32,000 nt of DNA, taken from assembly GCA_054661495.1 (NCBI GenBank), contig BAAFSQ010000011.1, positions 54,490-86,489 of the forward strand, in the 5' to 3' direction. The notes under the pieces were generated by a model that was not told where the DNA came from, searched no databases, and worked only from the letters and a program-made list of their open reading frames with translations. Origin of the DNA: Zygophlyctis sp. KS116 (lineage: Eukaryota; Fungi; Chytridiomycota). The translations under genes were made by a program, and so were the position numbers. Below are positions 21,548 through 32,000 of this stretch, piece after piece (position 1 is the stretch's first letter; the number at the start of each line of letters is the position of its first letter).

Positions 21548-24500
21548 TTATAATAAACTTGTGAATTTTTGAATGATTTTCATTGATTCTGTTGTCAATT
21601 GATTCTTTGGGGATTCACGCAAGGTAGAATCAACTGCTTTTTGAATTAATTTTGAAAGCTTGCTTATTATGATTAATGCCTTTGGTGATGCTTTAACAGT
21701 AATCGAGCCATTGTATACTGTGAAGCATTGTTGAATAATCTATTCTTAATAATGAAGAAATGTACATTAATTTCAATGTCATTTGCCACTAGGCATAACA
21801 TCCCAATCGGTGATATGAGATTCAAATCCAATGCAATTATTTTACGATTTGAAACTTTCATAGAATTACTTCCATACCAAGAATTATAAGCAATATTATC
21901 AGATAATAGACTGTGCTGATGGATCATCACTGGTCTACAGTCGCCAAAACGATATAAACTTGCCCCCGATCGATCTGATTGTTTCTGCGCGTGTACAATA
22001 TTTGGGAAAAATGCAACAGATAATATTGTCTTTGTAATATTAACTGATGAAGATTCGGAATCATAAATTGACTCTCCAAAAATAATCTTCTGATTTCTAT
22101 CCAAAATACCTGTTTCTAGAAGGGATCTAATGATTTGTGACTTTGCAGAATCTAGAGAGCTCAAGACTGAGAGATTCAAATAATTTTCTCTGCAATAAGC
22201 CTTCATTGCCACTTTAGTAGGATTTTTGGCTTTTAAATCCTTCCATTTCAAGTAAGCACGATACATCATCAATAAATCAGAGTCAGCATCATAAAATTTC
22301 TTCAGGGATCTCTTAAAGTCCTTACTTTCCCCAAAAGGAGATAAAAAAAGACGTTTACCCATACTATTTTTTATTGAATCAATTCTTACCTTAAACATGC
22401 TGAAATAGTTAATATTGGGTCTAGACATTTGAATATAATAGAATAAATGAGCATTTTACCCAATTTAACATCCATTCCCAGCTTAGATAGGTGAACACCC
22501 AAAGGAGTTAGTTCTTCGGATCTGGTCATCGCTTGTAATTGCTGAAGCAAACTGATCGCCTTTTCGATATTTTTTGCAGGAGGAGGATCAAGCGATTCAG
22601 AAAATAATTCTTTCAAGGATCCCGCGTCATTGCCAAGGATTGCCCGTGCCTTTAGACAAATACCTTCCAAGGGAAGTCGCATGAGCTCTGGAGGCCGATG
22701 ACTAGGGAGTGAATCGAAAGCGGATTTGGTTAGTATGTTGTAGTATATTCCTGATTGCGTCCGACCAGCTCTTCCCTTTCTTTGCAAGCAATTGGATTTG
22801 GAAACTACAATCTCCCGTAAAGCAGTCAAATTCAAAGTAGGATCATATGAAAGTTCTCTAGCCTTTGCAGTATCAATCACAAAAGTAACGTCCGGGACCG
22901 TCAATCCAGTTTCAGCTATGTTAGTGCTTAAGACAACTTTTACCAGACCCTCATTAACTGGATCAAACACTAATATTTAAATTGAAACATTGACACATAC
23001 CTTTCAACTGTTCGACGTTGGGCAAATCACTATAAAGTGGAAAAGTAATACATGGCAGCCGGGATTTTCCACATGCCAGTGCATCCAGTCTATCTTGTAA
23101 TTCGTTAATTTCACCCACGCCTGGTAGAAAGACTAAAATAGCACCAAGTGAATTCTCGAGAGAATATTTAACTACATATGCAATCAGACTTTCTAAAAAT
23201 TCCATGTCAATTTTACGATTTCTGATTTCAAGGTCTTTTATTTTAGAGGCTGCGTCGTCGGTAAAATCTTTTGTATCAAGATCTTCAACCGACCATTCAG
23301 CATGAACAGATACTTTTTTCCCGCCCTTTGAGCTGATATTAATTTTTTGGGATGCTTTTGTTCCAAAATTATTGTGTTCCAAAATTTCAGGCTCCCAGCC
23401 TAGAGAATTAGAAAAAATAAGTACCTATTTGTTTTATGATGTCTTCCAAGTAAAACTCTTGAACAGGAAATATTTTCCCAGGAAAAACTAAACATACAGG
23501 ATCAGTGGTATCTTGCCGAAAATACGCCTGATATTTCTGAATATCCGCAGTCGCACTCATTAATATCAATTTCAGATCATGCCGTACTAATATCAACCTT
23601 TTTAACAAAAGTAGTAAAAAATCGGATTCTACACTACGTTCGTGGACTTCATCAACAACTACATGAGATATACCAGATAGATATGGATCGCCAACTAGTC
23701 TTCTAAGTAAAATTCCAAGAGTGCAGAATGTTACCAAGTTACTGTTAGTTGTTCTATTGTCCATTCGAACTTGATATCCAATCAATGATCCCGGCCTACC
23801 AACTTGATCATCTCCATCTCCGCATTCAAGAGAAACTCGAGTTGCTAAAGATATGGCGGATATCCTTCTCGGTTCGCAGCAAAATATCTTAAGAAAGCTT
23901 TCATCAGATCTTTCAATTGTATCCTCCAAAATATATTGGGGGATTTGAGTTGATTTACCACTAAAGCTTCTTTAAAAGACTATTCTCACCTTCCAGTTTC
24001 ACCTGATATAATTACTATTTGACTTTCACGTATCTGATCAATTATCTTTTGCCTTGATGAAAATATTGGCAATGAAGCACGACCAGCCTAGATATTAACT
24101 TATAAATTTACTGAGTATTTTTGAAACGATGGACTATCTAAACGAGACTTAACACCTATTAATCTCGAAGCATAGCCTGATTTTGGTGTAATCTTGTTAC
24201 TTTTCACTTTTTCTTCAGAGGTGGCGAAATCTTTCAATGATGATTTTGGCTAAATCAGTAAGCAAAAACAATATAATACATTATCCAACTTCAAATCTTG
24301 TATAAATGTGATTCTATCTTCATCAAGAGCTCTAATCTCTTCTTCTAACCCTCTAGCTGCCGCTTCAGTCCAATTTTCCCATAAATCTCTGAATGGAGGG
24401 GCTATGGAATTCCTAATTTGACTTTCTGGAGCAAGAATAAATAATGTTTTTAGCGCAATATATTCCTTGGCATCACCTTTACTTTTCACCAGCTCATCCG

Positions 24501-25845
24501 CATCCATACTATATTCTTTGACATCTCGATTACTATACTTTAACGATACTTTAGCTCTGTAAGCCGTCGTGTTAGGAAACAAAGAGTAAGATATTTTTCC
24601 AGTTGACGACTTTCTTTTAACAAAATCAGATAACCAAAAGCTTGGGGAAGAACCTGACCATGCCTTCCAATACAGGTCATGAATAAATATTGTTTTTGAA
24701 GTCACGCCATCATCCGCACCCATCTGTTCAAACATGTTTAATCCTAAATCAACTTCATCGTTAGAATGAGAATCAAGATTAACATCTTTCAATTGTGGCT
24801 CGAGATTAGAAAGCGCAGCCTCCTCTTTTAAAGTCCAATCTTGTACTATTTCTTCTGCACGTTTCAATTGATCACCATCCATTTTACACTTTAACTGAAT
24901 TATTTTCTGCATCAATTTATGTGCTGAATTCGAAAAAGATTTATTCTGTTCTGAATCACCCTTAATTTTAGCTTCCGACGCCTTCTTTCTGAGCTGCAAA
25001 TGATTTATATACATTGAAGAGTATTCATCAATCACGTTTTGACGTCTACTAAGATCTTGCTTTTCCAAATCATCTGAATCATCAGAGTCCAGCCATTCCA
25101 AACTCGCTAAAATTCTTTTTTGAAGATCCTTATCTATTCCTTCCTTTGGAACTTCCTTTAGAGTTTCCTTTGGAACTTCCTTTCGATCTTCCTGGACTAT
25201 CGACAGCTTTTCAAATTCACTAGATTCCAAATGCGCATCATTCCTTGATTCATTACTCTGTCCTTTTCGTGATTCCAAATCATAATTTTCTCTATTTGAA
25301 ATTTCTGATATATTTACACCCTCTTTTGAGAGCCATGCTGGATTATCAGCACCGTCAATATTTAAATTTAAATATATCCATGCAATTGCACTATTCAAAT
25401 CTCCTGAACTATTCTTTAGACTATCCTTTATAACATTTCGAGAAATCCCCATCTTTTCCATCATCAGAAAAGTCTTTCCAATTTCATCGACAGAAACTTT
25501 GAGATCTTCTTCTTGATAGTCCTTTAACAGTTTACAAATCTCTTTTTCGTTAAGTGGAACTTGCAATTCCGGCAATAATTCATTGGATTCCAACTTTATC
25601 CTTTTCTGATCTTGATACTTGAAGTCATAATCAACTTGCCATTTTAGCAGGCGATCTCCATCCTTGGTCTTGAGCTCATCGGTGCAACCATCTTGTGTAT
25701 TCTGACCTTGCATGACAACATCTTGATTAGCTTCATTTTCAGCTATACTCTCATCAATCTCTTGCTCAGGAGTCTCTATAACAATCTGCTTCTTGGCGCT
25801 GCTGACTGTAGCAACAGGTCTATTAACCTTCTTCTTCTTTGCCAT
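21548..25845 (-). CDS. DEAH/RHA RNA helicase, DHX29/DHX57-like, with N-terminal UBA-like and dsRBD-like regions; 7 introns
   Basis: GETGSGKSTQIPQ (formed across an intron), EPRRISAISLATRV, DEVHER, MSAT, LVFLPG, STNIAETGLT, QRKGRAGR and the HA2 motif LTPLG. Confidence 0.9.
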
Positions 25846-26192
25846 TCAGAAAATAGAAAATATTCGCTAGACTCAAGAAATCAATTCAAAGATTTTTAGA
25901 TTCTTCAAACATCAAAAACATTTGATCCAGAGAAGCTCTTTGTCTGCATCGGTGTGTAAAAATGACAATCAGCTATTTTGTCCGAAGAATGACTGGCATA
26001 CAAATTCAGAGTTGATGCTCTAGTAGGAGATTTGGGCATAGTAAAATCACTTATAGAGTTTGTTTTGTAGTAAAAACTTGATTGCTGAGTAGGATAATGA
26101 ACTTTCTGATCCATTTTATGTTGTTAGCTCACTACTTTTGATATTTTTCAGATGATGATCTATTTATAGAAATCCCTATTTATAATACATGT

Positions 26193-26222
26193 CTAAATAT
26201 AGATTTCCTAAATATAGATTTC
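26193..26222. repeat. 15-bp tandem duplication
   Basis: ctaaatatagatttc twice (26193-26207, 26208-26222). Confidence 0.85.
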
Positions 26223-26260
26223 TTTCCAACATTTTAGAGGTGGTTGGAGCACGTGCAGAC

Positions 26261-27246
26261 TTAATCTATTATAAAGTATTTTGGATGCGTTGCTGGCAAG
26301 TCATACTGATCATAGACTTCAAAAGTAAGTAGCTTTGGGTTTAAAACTTTTGATTGAAAAATAGTCCATAGTTGCAGGATTATATATCCAAATACCACGA
26401 GAGATGCAAATGTTGCAATAATTGCTATTAAAGGAACTGAAAGTTGACTAGATTCATTATAATCAGAATTTAAAACTTGGGAATTATCAGTCGGACATGG
26501 ATCATTCTGAATGCATTTGGGTAGATCTTTCCCACAGACTACATTATCATTTGAAGATGAACAAAGCCCAGAGTTTTTTAAAGCACAATTAAATGTACTT
26601 AAAGTCTCTATTGATGATGGTGGCATTCCTACTAGGAAATTATTTTGTAAATTTCTAACATTAAATTTGAATACTTACAAGGAAGTTAAAGAATGATTAT
26701 CAAAACCGCAAACATTTCCAGTAAACTGATTATTAGATATCCAAATATTTGTTAAGTTCCCCATTGACGCTAAAACCTTTATTGAGCCTGATAAATTATT
26801 AAATGAAAGATCTAGATTCTTCAAATCCCTTAAATCCCCAAATGAGTCTGGTAATTTCCCATAAAACTGATTTTGATCCAAAAATCTAATGATTATTATT
26901 AATAAATTACAATGTTTGTAGAAACTTTAGAGAAGAAATAGATTCTGGAATTTCTCCATTGATTGCATTTGTCAAGAGATTATTTCTAATTCCAATTGTT
27001 GAGCCTTTTCCTAAATTCAAGACGATTATATTCTGATTTAAATCACAAAATACCGGCGATGCACTTGTCCAAAATGGATTTGGTATCGTAGTTTGTACAC
27101 AACATTGTCCACTTGTCCATGGATATTCAACATTCCAATCCTTTCGCGTTAGTTATAATACTTACTTGCAACATTGATTCTAATACTAAACAGTCATTAC
27201 TAGACACCATAGTCAATGCATTCAAAATCCATAGTAATAGAATCAT
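26261..27246 (-). CDS. LRR receptor-like protein (signal peptide, Cys N-cap, plant-type LRRs, Cys C-cap, TM helix, short tail); introns 27141-27165, 26886-26910, 26655-26678; 3' end uncertain
   Basis: Signal MILLLWILNALTMVSS; repeats NGEIPESISSLKFLQTLFLDQNQFYGKLPDSFGDLRDLKNLDLSFNNLSGSI; TM helix LIAIIATFASLVVFGYIILQLW. Confidence 0.8.
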
Positions 27247-27288
27247 TTCTCAAAAATTAAAAATCAATGAAATTCCGCAAAAATCATT

Positions 27289-27734
27289 TTAATAGTCCCA
27301 TGGCTTACGATCTCTAACTACAGTGAAATCTCCCAATTCAGACTTTTGTGGCACACCAAGTTCTTCTAAAAGTGGTTTCAATTCAGCTAAATATGCAGTA
27401 TACTGCTCCTTTTTGTATACTTTTCCCTCTAAACCTTCAAGAATTCGAACAGCCGTCGCAAAAGTATTTAGTCTTCTTGAAGCCTTGATAGCCTCTGCCA
27501 ATACTTCAACTGAAGGCACCCAATCAGCAGCAAAAATATGATTTAATCCTCTTTCCAGCTCAAAATCGTCATCACAAGTTGCAAAATGTTTGTGCCATTT
27601 CTGAACATAGGCATCATAGTCCTTTTTATTTGATGGGTTTAGTTCTGTAGAATAAAAACGAGCACGATTTACTAGAGTTTATAGAGAATGTTCTTACTTG
27701 AAGGCTTGACTTTGGAGAGATAATTTCTCAACAT
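27289..27734 (-). CDS. COX6: Cytochrome c oxidase subunit Va/Cox6; intron 27672-27697
   Basis: Arg-rich presequence (MLRNYLSKVKPSINRARFYS), then DDFELERGLNHIFAADWVPSVEVLAEAIKASRRLNTFATAVRILEGL. Confidence 0.93.
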
Positions 27735-27775
27735 TTTTCAATCACAGTTGAACGGAAAATTTTGATCGCGTTTTC

Positions 27776-27889
27776 ACCCTTGGTCCCTTGGTCCTGTCTG
27801 ACCTGACCTACGCTACTCCTATGTTGTTCCTACGCTACTCCTATGTTGTTCCTACGCTAGCCTAGTGTACCTCATACGCTACTCCTATG
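27776..27889. repeat. 22-bp tandem repeat plus short duplications in the COX6-ankyrin gene divergent promoter
   Basis: cctacgctactcctatgttgtt twice (27807-27850), with partial copies at 27851-27859 and 27875-27889; cccttggt twice and ctgac twice just upstream. Confidence 0.9.
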
Positions 27890-27904
27890 CTAGACACAAA
27901 GAAA

Positions 27905-28798
27905 ATGTTTTTTTGGATTCTTCTCTCCACACTCCTGGTTTCAATGCATGCGCTTCCAGTAAATCTACCGACTGATGTTCTAAAGGGAATCATGAGTGAT
28001 TTATCATTTAAAGACTCTCTGGCGTTTGCATTCACATTTAACCATGAAACTGTAAATCCTCTAAATTCAAATAGTTTAAATCCATTGACTTTTCATGATC
28101 CAAATTTAGATTCTAATTTTGCTATTAGAAATGTACTCTCTTGTAGATCAGATAAAAGATTATTTTATCTGCAGAAATTAATTCAAAATCAAAAAGTGGA
28201 TATTGGGATTTATGATCAGTATTTACTAAATCATGCGGCTAAAATAGGAGACGTCATGTTGGTGGATCTAATAATTAGAAATCAGAATATAACTACTAGT
28301 TTTTTAGTTCAGAAATTATATGGAGCTATAAAGCCAGCTATAGACAAGAATAATTTGGAATTGGTAAAATATTTATTCAATAGAGGTTTAAGAGTAATAG
28401 ATTTTCATTTAATTTATTCTCTTGATAAAAATAGATTGGAAATGGTGGATTTTTTCATTAAAAAAGGAGTTGTAATATCTATACAAACTTGGATACAGTT
28501 TATAGTTGATAACAGGATTGATAGGATCAAAGAATTGGTTAAATTGGGTTTTACAGTTCCTGTAGATGTACTTTTAGAAGCATCTAAATATAATCAAGTT
28601 GATATGGTAAAGTATCTCTTGACTCTGAATTATTGTTGGACAGATTTAGTTTATGTGATTATAAATCTCAAGACTCATGTAGCAGGATTTGGTATACAGC
28701 ACAAGAAGATTTTTAGAATGTTGGAAAAGGCTAGATATTCTTCTCGTAAGCGATACTCTTTATCTTTAAAGACATTGTACAAGACTTTAAAAGTTTAA
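27905..28798 (+). CDS. Signal peptide + F-box-like motif + ankyrin-repeat protein, intronless (an alternative ATG at 27887 lies inside the repeat)
   Basis: Signal-like MFFWILLSTLLVSMHA; F-box-like LPTDVLKGIMSDLSFKDSLAFAFT; ankyrin-like HAAKIGDVMLVDLII, AIDKNNLELVKYLFNRG, NRLEMVDFFIKKG and ASKYNQVDMVKYLL. Confidence 0.75.
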   Translation: MFFWILLSTLLVSMHALPVNLPTDVLKGIMSDLSFKDSLAFAFTFNHETVNPLNSNSLNPLTFHDPNLDSNFAIRNVLSCRSDKRLFYLQKLIQNQKVDIGIYDQYLLNHAAKIGDVMLVDLIIRNQNITTSFLVQKLYGAIKPAIDKNNLELVKYLFNRGLRVIDFHLIYSLDKNRLEMVDFFIKKGVVISIQTWIQFIVDNRIDRIKELVKLGFTVPVDVLLEASKYNQVDMVKYLLTLNYCWTDLVYVIINLKTHVAGFGIQHKKIFRMLEKARYSSRKRYSLSLKTLYKTLKV

Positions 28799-28864
28799 TG
28801 GATAATCATCAAGAATTTTAGAATATAGATCAAGTTTGTGTTTTTCGTAAAACCTAAAAAGTAA

Positions 28865-30755
28865 ATGGAGTCCAAACTGAGAAGACTTCGGTCTGTAATG
28901 GTAGAGTGTGGGATACATGCATATATTGTTCCATCTGAAGATGCACATCAAGTAATTTATATCATCTTATTATAGTCAGAGTATATAGCTCCTGCTGATG
29001 CCCGTCGGGCTTATATTTCAGGATTTACTGGATCTGCTGGAACGGCTGTTGTAACGTTGGATCAGGCTGCACTTTGGACAGATGGCAGATATTTTTTACA
29101 GGCTTCAAAACAATTGTCAAATGAATGGATGCTTCAAAAATCTGGGATGGCATCGGTTCCTACAAAAGAAGAATGGCTGAATCAAGTTCTTCCTCCGTCG
29201 TCAAAAGTAGGTGCAGATCCAAAGTTGTTAACAATTACTGCAGCAAAATCATTGGAAAAGGATTTAAAAGGACATTCTTGTGAGTGGTTATCAACTAATT
29301 TGGTTGATAAAATATGGACAGATAAGCCTGCTTCCTCTAGAAATCCAATCTCTACGTTATCTCTTAAATATGCAGGGCAATCTGTACAGGATAAGTTGGC
29401 TGTTATACGTGAAAAGATTCAAAATGAGGGCTGTTGGGGATATCTAATAGGATCTCTGGATGAAATAGCTTGGTTATTTAATCTTAGAGGGACTGATATT
29501 CCTTATAATCCAGTGTTTTTCGCATATGGGTTGGTGTCTTTAGAAAAGGCAATTCTTTATGCTGACTTGAATATGTTGAAAGATGTGGATTCAATCAAGG
29601 ATTTTGTAGAATTTAGGGAATATTCTAATGTATTTCAAGACTTGAAACAAGATTTTGGAAAACCTTGCGTAAATTTATTCTAGATTAATTAGTAGAAGCT
29701 CTGGGTTGATCCAAAATGTAGTTTTGCACTTGTTCAAGCAGCTGGTGGAGAAGAAAATGTTTATATTTCTCAATCACCTGTTACAAGGGCAAAATCTATA
29801 AAGAATTCTACAGAATTACAAGGTTTTCGAGACTGTCATATACGTGATGCTACAGCAGTTATTGAGTATTTTTGCTGGCTTGAAAATGAGATTGTAAATC
29901 TAGGAAACAAGACTTTAACTGAAGTTGATGGAGTAGAAAAGCTAGAATATTTTAGAAGGTAGTTTTACAATTTTAAGATTATAGTAAATTATCTGGATAC
30001 AAGGGACCTAGTTTTGATACTATAAGTTCTTCTGGCCCTAATGGTGCAATTATTCATTATAAACCAGAAAAAGAAACTTGTTCAATCATATCAAAAGATC
30101 ATGTATATTTGTGTGACTCTGGAGGTCAATTTCTTGATGGTACAACAGATATTACTAGAACTTTACATTTTGGAACTCCTACTGATTTCCAGAAAGAAGC
30201 ATATACAATGGTATTAAAGGGACATATTCAACTTGATAAACTAATTTTTCCTAGAGGAACTACGGGATTTCAAGCAGATTTAGCTACTAGAATTCCTCTT
30301 TGGGCTTCTGGCCTAGATTATCGTCATGGAACTGGGTATTAAATTTACTGTATTTATATAATAGTCATGGAGTTGGTCATTACTTAAATGTCCATGAAGG
30401 CCCTCACGGAATAGCAAATCGAATCAGTTGTAATGATACCCCATTACAACCTGGAATGACTGTTACTAATGAACCTGGATATTATCAAGATGGTGAATTT
30501 GGGATACGTATTGAAAATATCATGCTTGTCAAAGAGGTCAATACTAAATATTGTTTCGGAGATACAAAATATTATGGGTTTGAACATGTAACGCTAGTCC
30601 CGTTATGTAAAAATCTAATCAAGAATGAAATCATGACAAAAGAGGATATTAAATGGGTGAATGATTATCACAAGGAAGTATGGACCAAGGTCTCTCCCCT
30701 CTTACAAGGAAAAGAAGCGTATAATTGGTTGAAATTTGCAACGGCTGAAATTTAA
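28865..30755 (+). CDS. Xaa-Pro aminopeptidase (aminopeptidase P1, M24B; Fra1/XPNPEP1-like); introns 28952-28975, 29669-29695, 29959-29984, 30336-30364
   Basis: [65 protein letters not shown] and GIRIEN motifs. Confidence 0.93.
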
Positions 30756-30776
30756 AAATTGAAAAAGTGATTTTAA

Positions 30777-32000
30777 ATGTTTTTGATTGCATCTGTAATT
30801 GTACTCATAACTGTACTCTTTTTATTTAAGAGCAGCACTCTAAAGAAAATAACTGTTCCTTTTCCCCAAGAGATCAGTAAGAATTGGAGCAGTTACGTTA
30901 CTGACGGTTCAATCAAGGACGGCAACAAGATCAAATGCTATGATCCAGCGACCGGATATAGTTTAGGCTCAGTAACTCCAAGATCTCCAAAGGAAATGAA
31001 GGAGATTGTATCGAGAGCAAGGGATGCACAGAAATCATTTAAGAATACATCGTTTGAGCTACGGAAACAAATCTTGGGAACTTTGCTTAATTGGGTTGTA
31101 GAAAATCAGGATAACATCTGCAGAATGACGGCAAAAGACTCTGGAAAAACTTGTAAATATTATATTTAACGGTCAGTAATTGATGCAAGTTTTGGGGAGA
31201 TTTTAACTACATGCGAAAAGATTAGATGGACTATTGCAAATGGTGAAAGTGTTTTGGCTCCAGAGTATAGAAGTCCTGGTTTAATAATGGCGCATAAAGT
31301 CCCTCGAGTAGAATATCATCCCGTAGGAGTTATGGGTGCAATCGTGGTAATTTATAAATAGAAACTCAATGGAAAGTCTTGGAATTATCCTTTTCATAAT
31401 GTTGTTGGGCCTATAATTTCTGCTCTCATGGCTGGAAATGCAATAGTTATCAAAACTTCAGAGCATGTATTTTTCATTAAATAACGATAGGTGGCCTGGT
31501 CAACTGGATTTTGGCAGTCAGTTTTTGATGAGTTATTGACAGCATATGGATTAGATACAAGCTTAGTTCAATTAGTGAATGGATGGGCTGATGTAGGTGA
31601 GGCACTGGTTGAATCTGCTGACAAAATAACTTTTATTGGGTCGCCAGAAGTTGGAAAGTTGGTAATGAAACATGCTGCAAATACTCTTACTCCAGTCATT
31701 TTAGAACTTGGTGGAAAGGATGTAGCTGTTGTATTTGATGATGCAGATTATGATCAAGTTGTTCAAGTTGCTTTAAGAGGAACTTTTCAGAATTCTGGGC
31801 AGAATTGTGCCGGTTTGGAAAGATTGATTGTCCAAGACGGAATTTATGAAAAGTTAGTGGGAGATATGGTTAAATATGTGGAGAAATTACGAGTTGGACC
31901 GCCCTTGGAGAAGGAAGTTGATATGGGTGCAATGACTATGAACACTCAAATAAGTAAAGTTCAAGAGTTGGTAGATGACGCTGTTAAGAAGGGCGCAAGG
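30777..32000 (+). CDS. Membrane-anchored aldehyde dehydrogenase, MSC7/ALDH22-like; truncated at the window end; introns 31153-31176, 31347-31376, 31467-31490
   Basis: N-terminal TM anchor; [42 protein letters not shown] and the catalytic QNSGQNCAG. Confidence 0.9.

Noticed and set aside
25141-25183. Short coding duplication (KEVPKETLKEVPKE) in the helicase linker
   Set aside because: In-frame slippage in a disordered linker; unremarkable.
747-27541. Short antisense ORFs (e.g. 747-986, 5423-5707, 6535-6858, 7558-7800, 11801-12040, 12969-13199, 17134-17433, 22792-22980, 27323-27541)
   Set aside because: They are shadows opposite well-supported genes, with no recognisable motifs.
1919-27734. 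Functional cluster of mitochondrial genes (SFC1, Mic26/27, COX6)
   Set aside because: They are interspersed with unrelated genes; no evidence of clustering beyond chance in a gene-dense genome.
27807-27889. CRISPR-like array
   Set aside because: The repeats are directly tandem with no unique spacers, there are no cas genes, and the DNA is eukaryotic.
1-32000. Alternative genetic code (TAA/TAG read as Gln), programmed frameshifts or mass pseudogenisation as the cause of fragmented ORFs
   Set aside because: Internal stops in the intact genes fall inside removable 24-33 nt introns, and conserved proteins end at TAA, TAG or TGA where expected.

Overview
Very compact, AT-rich eukaryotic nuclear DNA, most likely from a zoosporic (chytrid-type) fungus: fungal-type housekeeping genes sit next to a full-length ciliary transition-zone gene, CEP290. 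The ORF track is fragmented because nearly every gene is split by ultra-short spliceosomal introns. I traced about 70 by hand, nearly all 24-33 nt and GT-AG, with TAG/CAG/AAG acceptors. The standard genetic code fits. Gene order: last exon of an RGG-tail protein (+), CCA-adding enzyme (+), SFC1-type mitochondrial carrier (+), PPxY membrane protein (-), MICOS Mic26/27-like (+), a broken CRN/ATPase-like remnant with longer introns (-), F-box/WD40/UIM protein (+), a 73-aa spliced microprotein missing from the ORF track (+), acetyl-CoA transporter AT-1 (-), sodium:solute symporter (+), CEP290 with about 35 introns (-), RPS26 (-), CDF metal transporter (+), DHX29-like helicase (-), plant-type LRR receptor-like protein (-), COX6 (-), signal peptide+F-box+ankyrin protein (+), Xaa-Pro aminopeptidase (+), and an MSC7-like aldehyde dehydrogenase (+, truncated). 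The most interesting points are (i) a miniature-intron system that appears to pick 3' splice sites by distance (floor near 24 nt, with candidate TG, GAG and GC-AG junctions), (ii) the secreted F-box/ankyrin effector candidate, (iii) the hidden microprotein, (iv) the LRR receptor-like protein, and (v) shared phased GC-rich repeats in divergent promoters. All gene models were spliced by eye and need RNA-seq confirmation.
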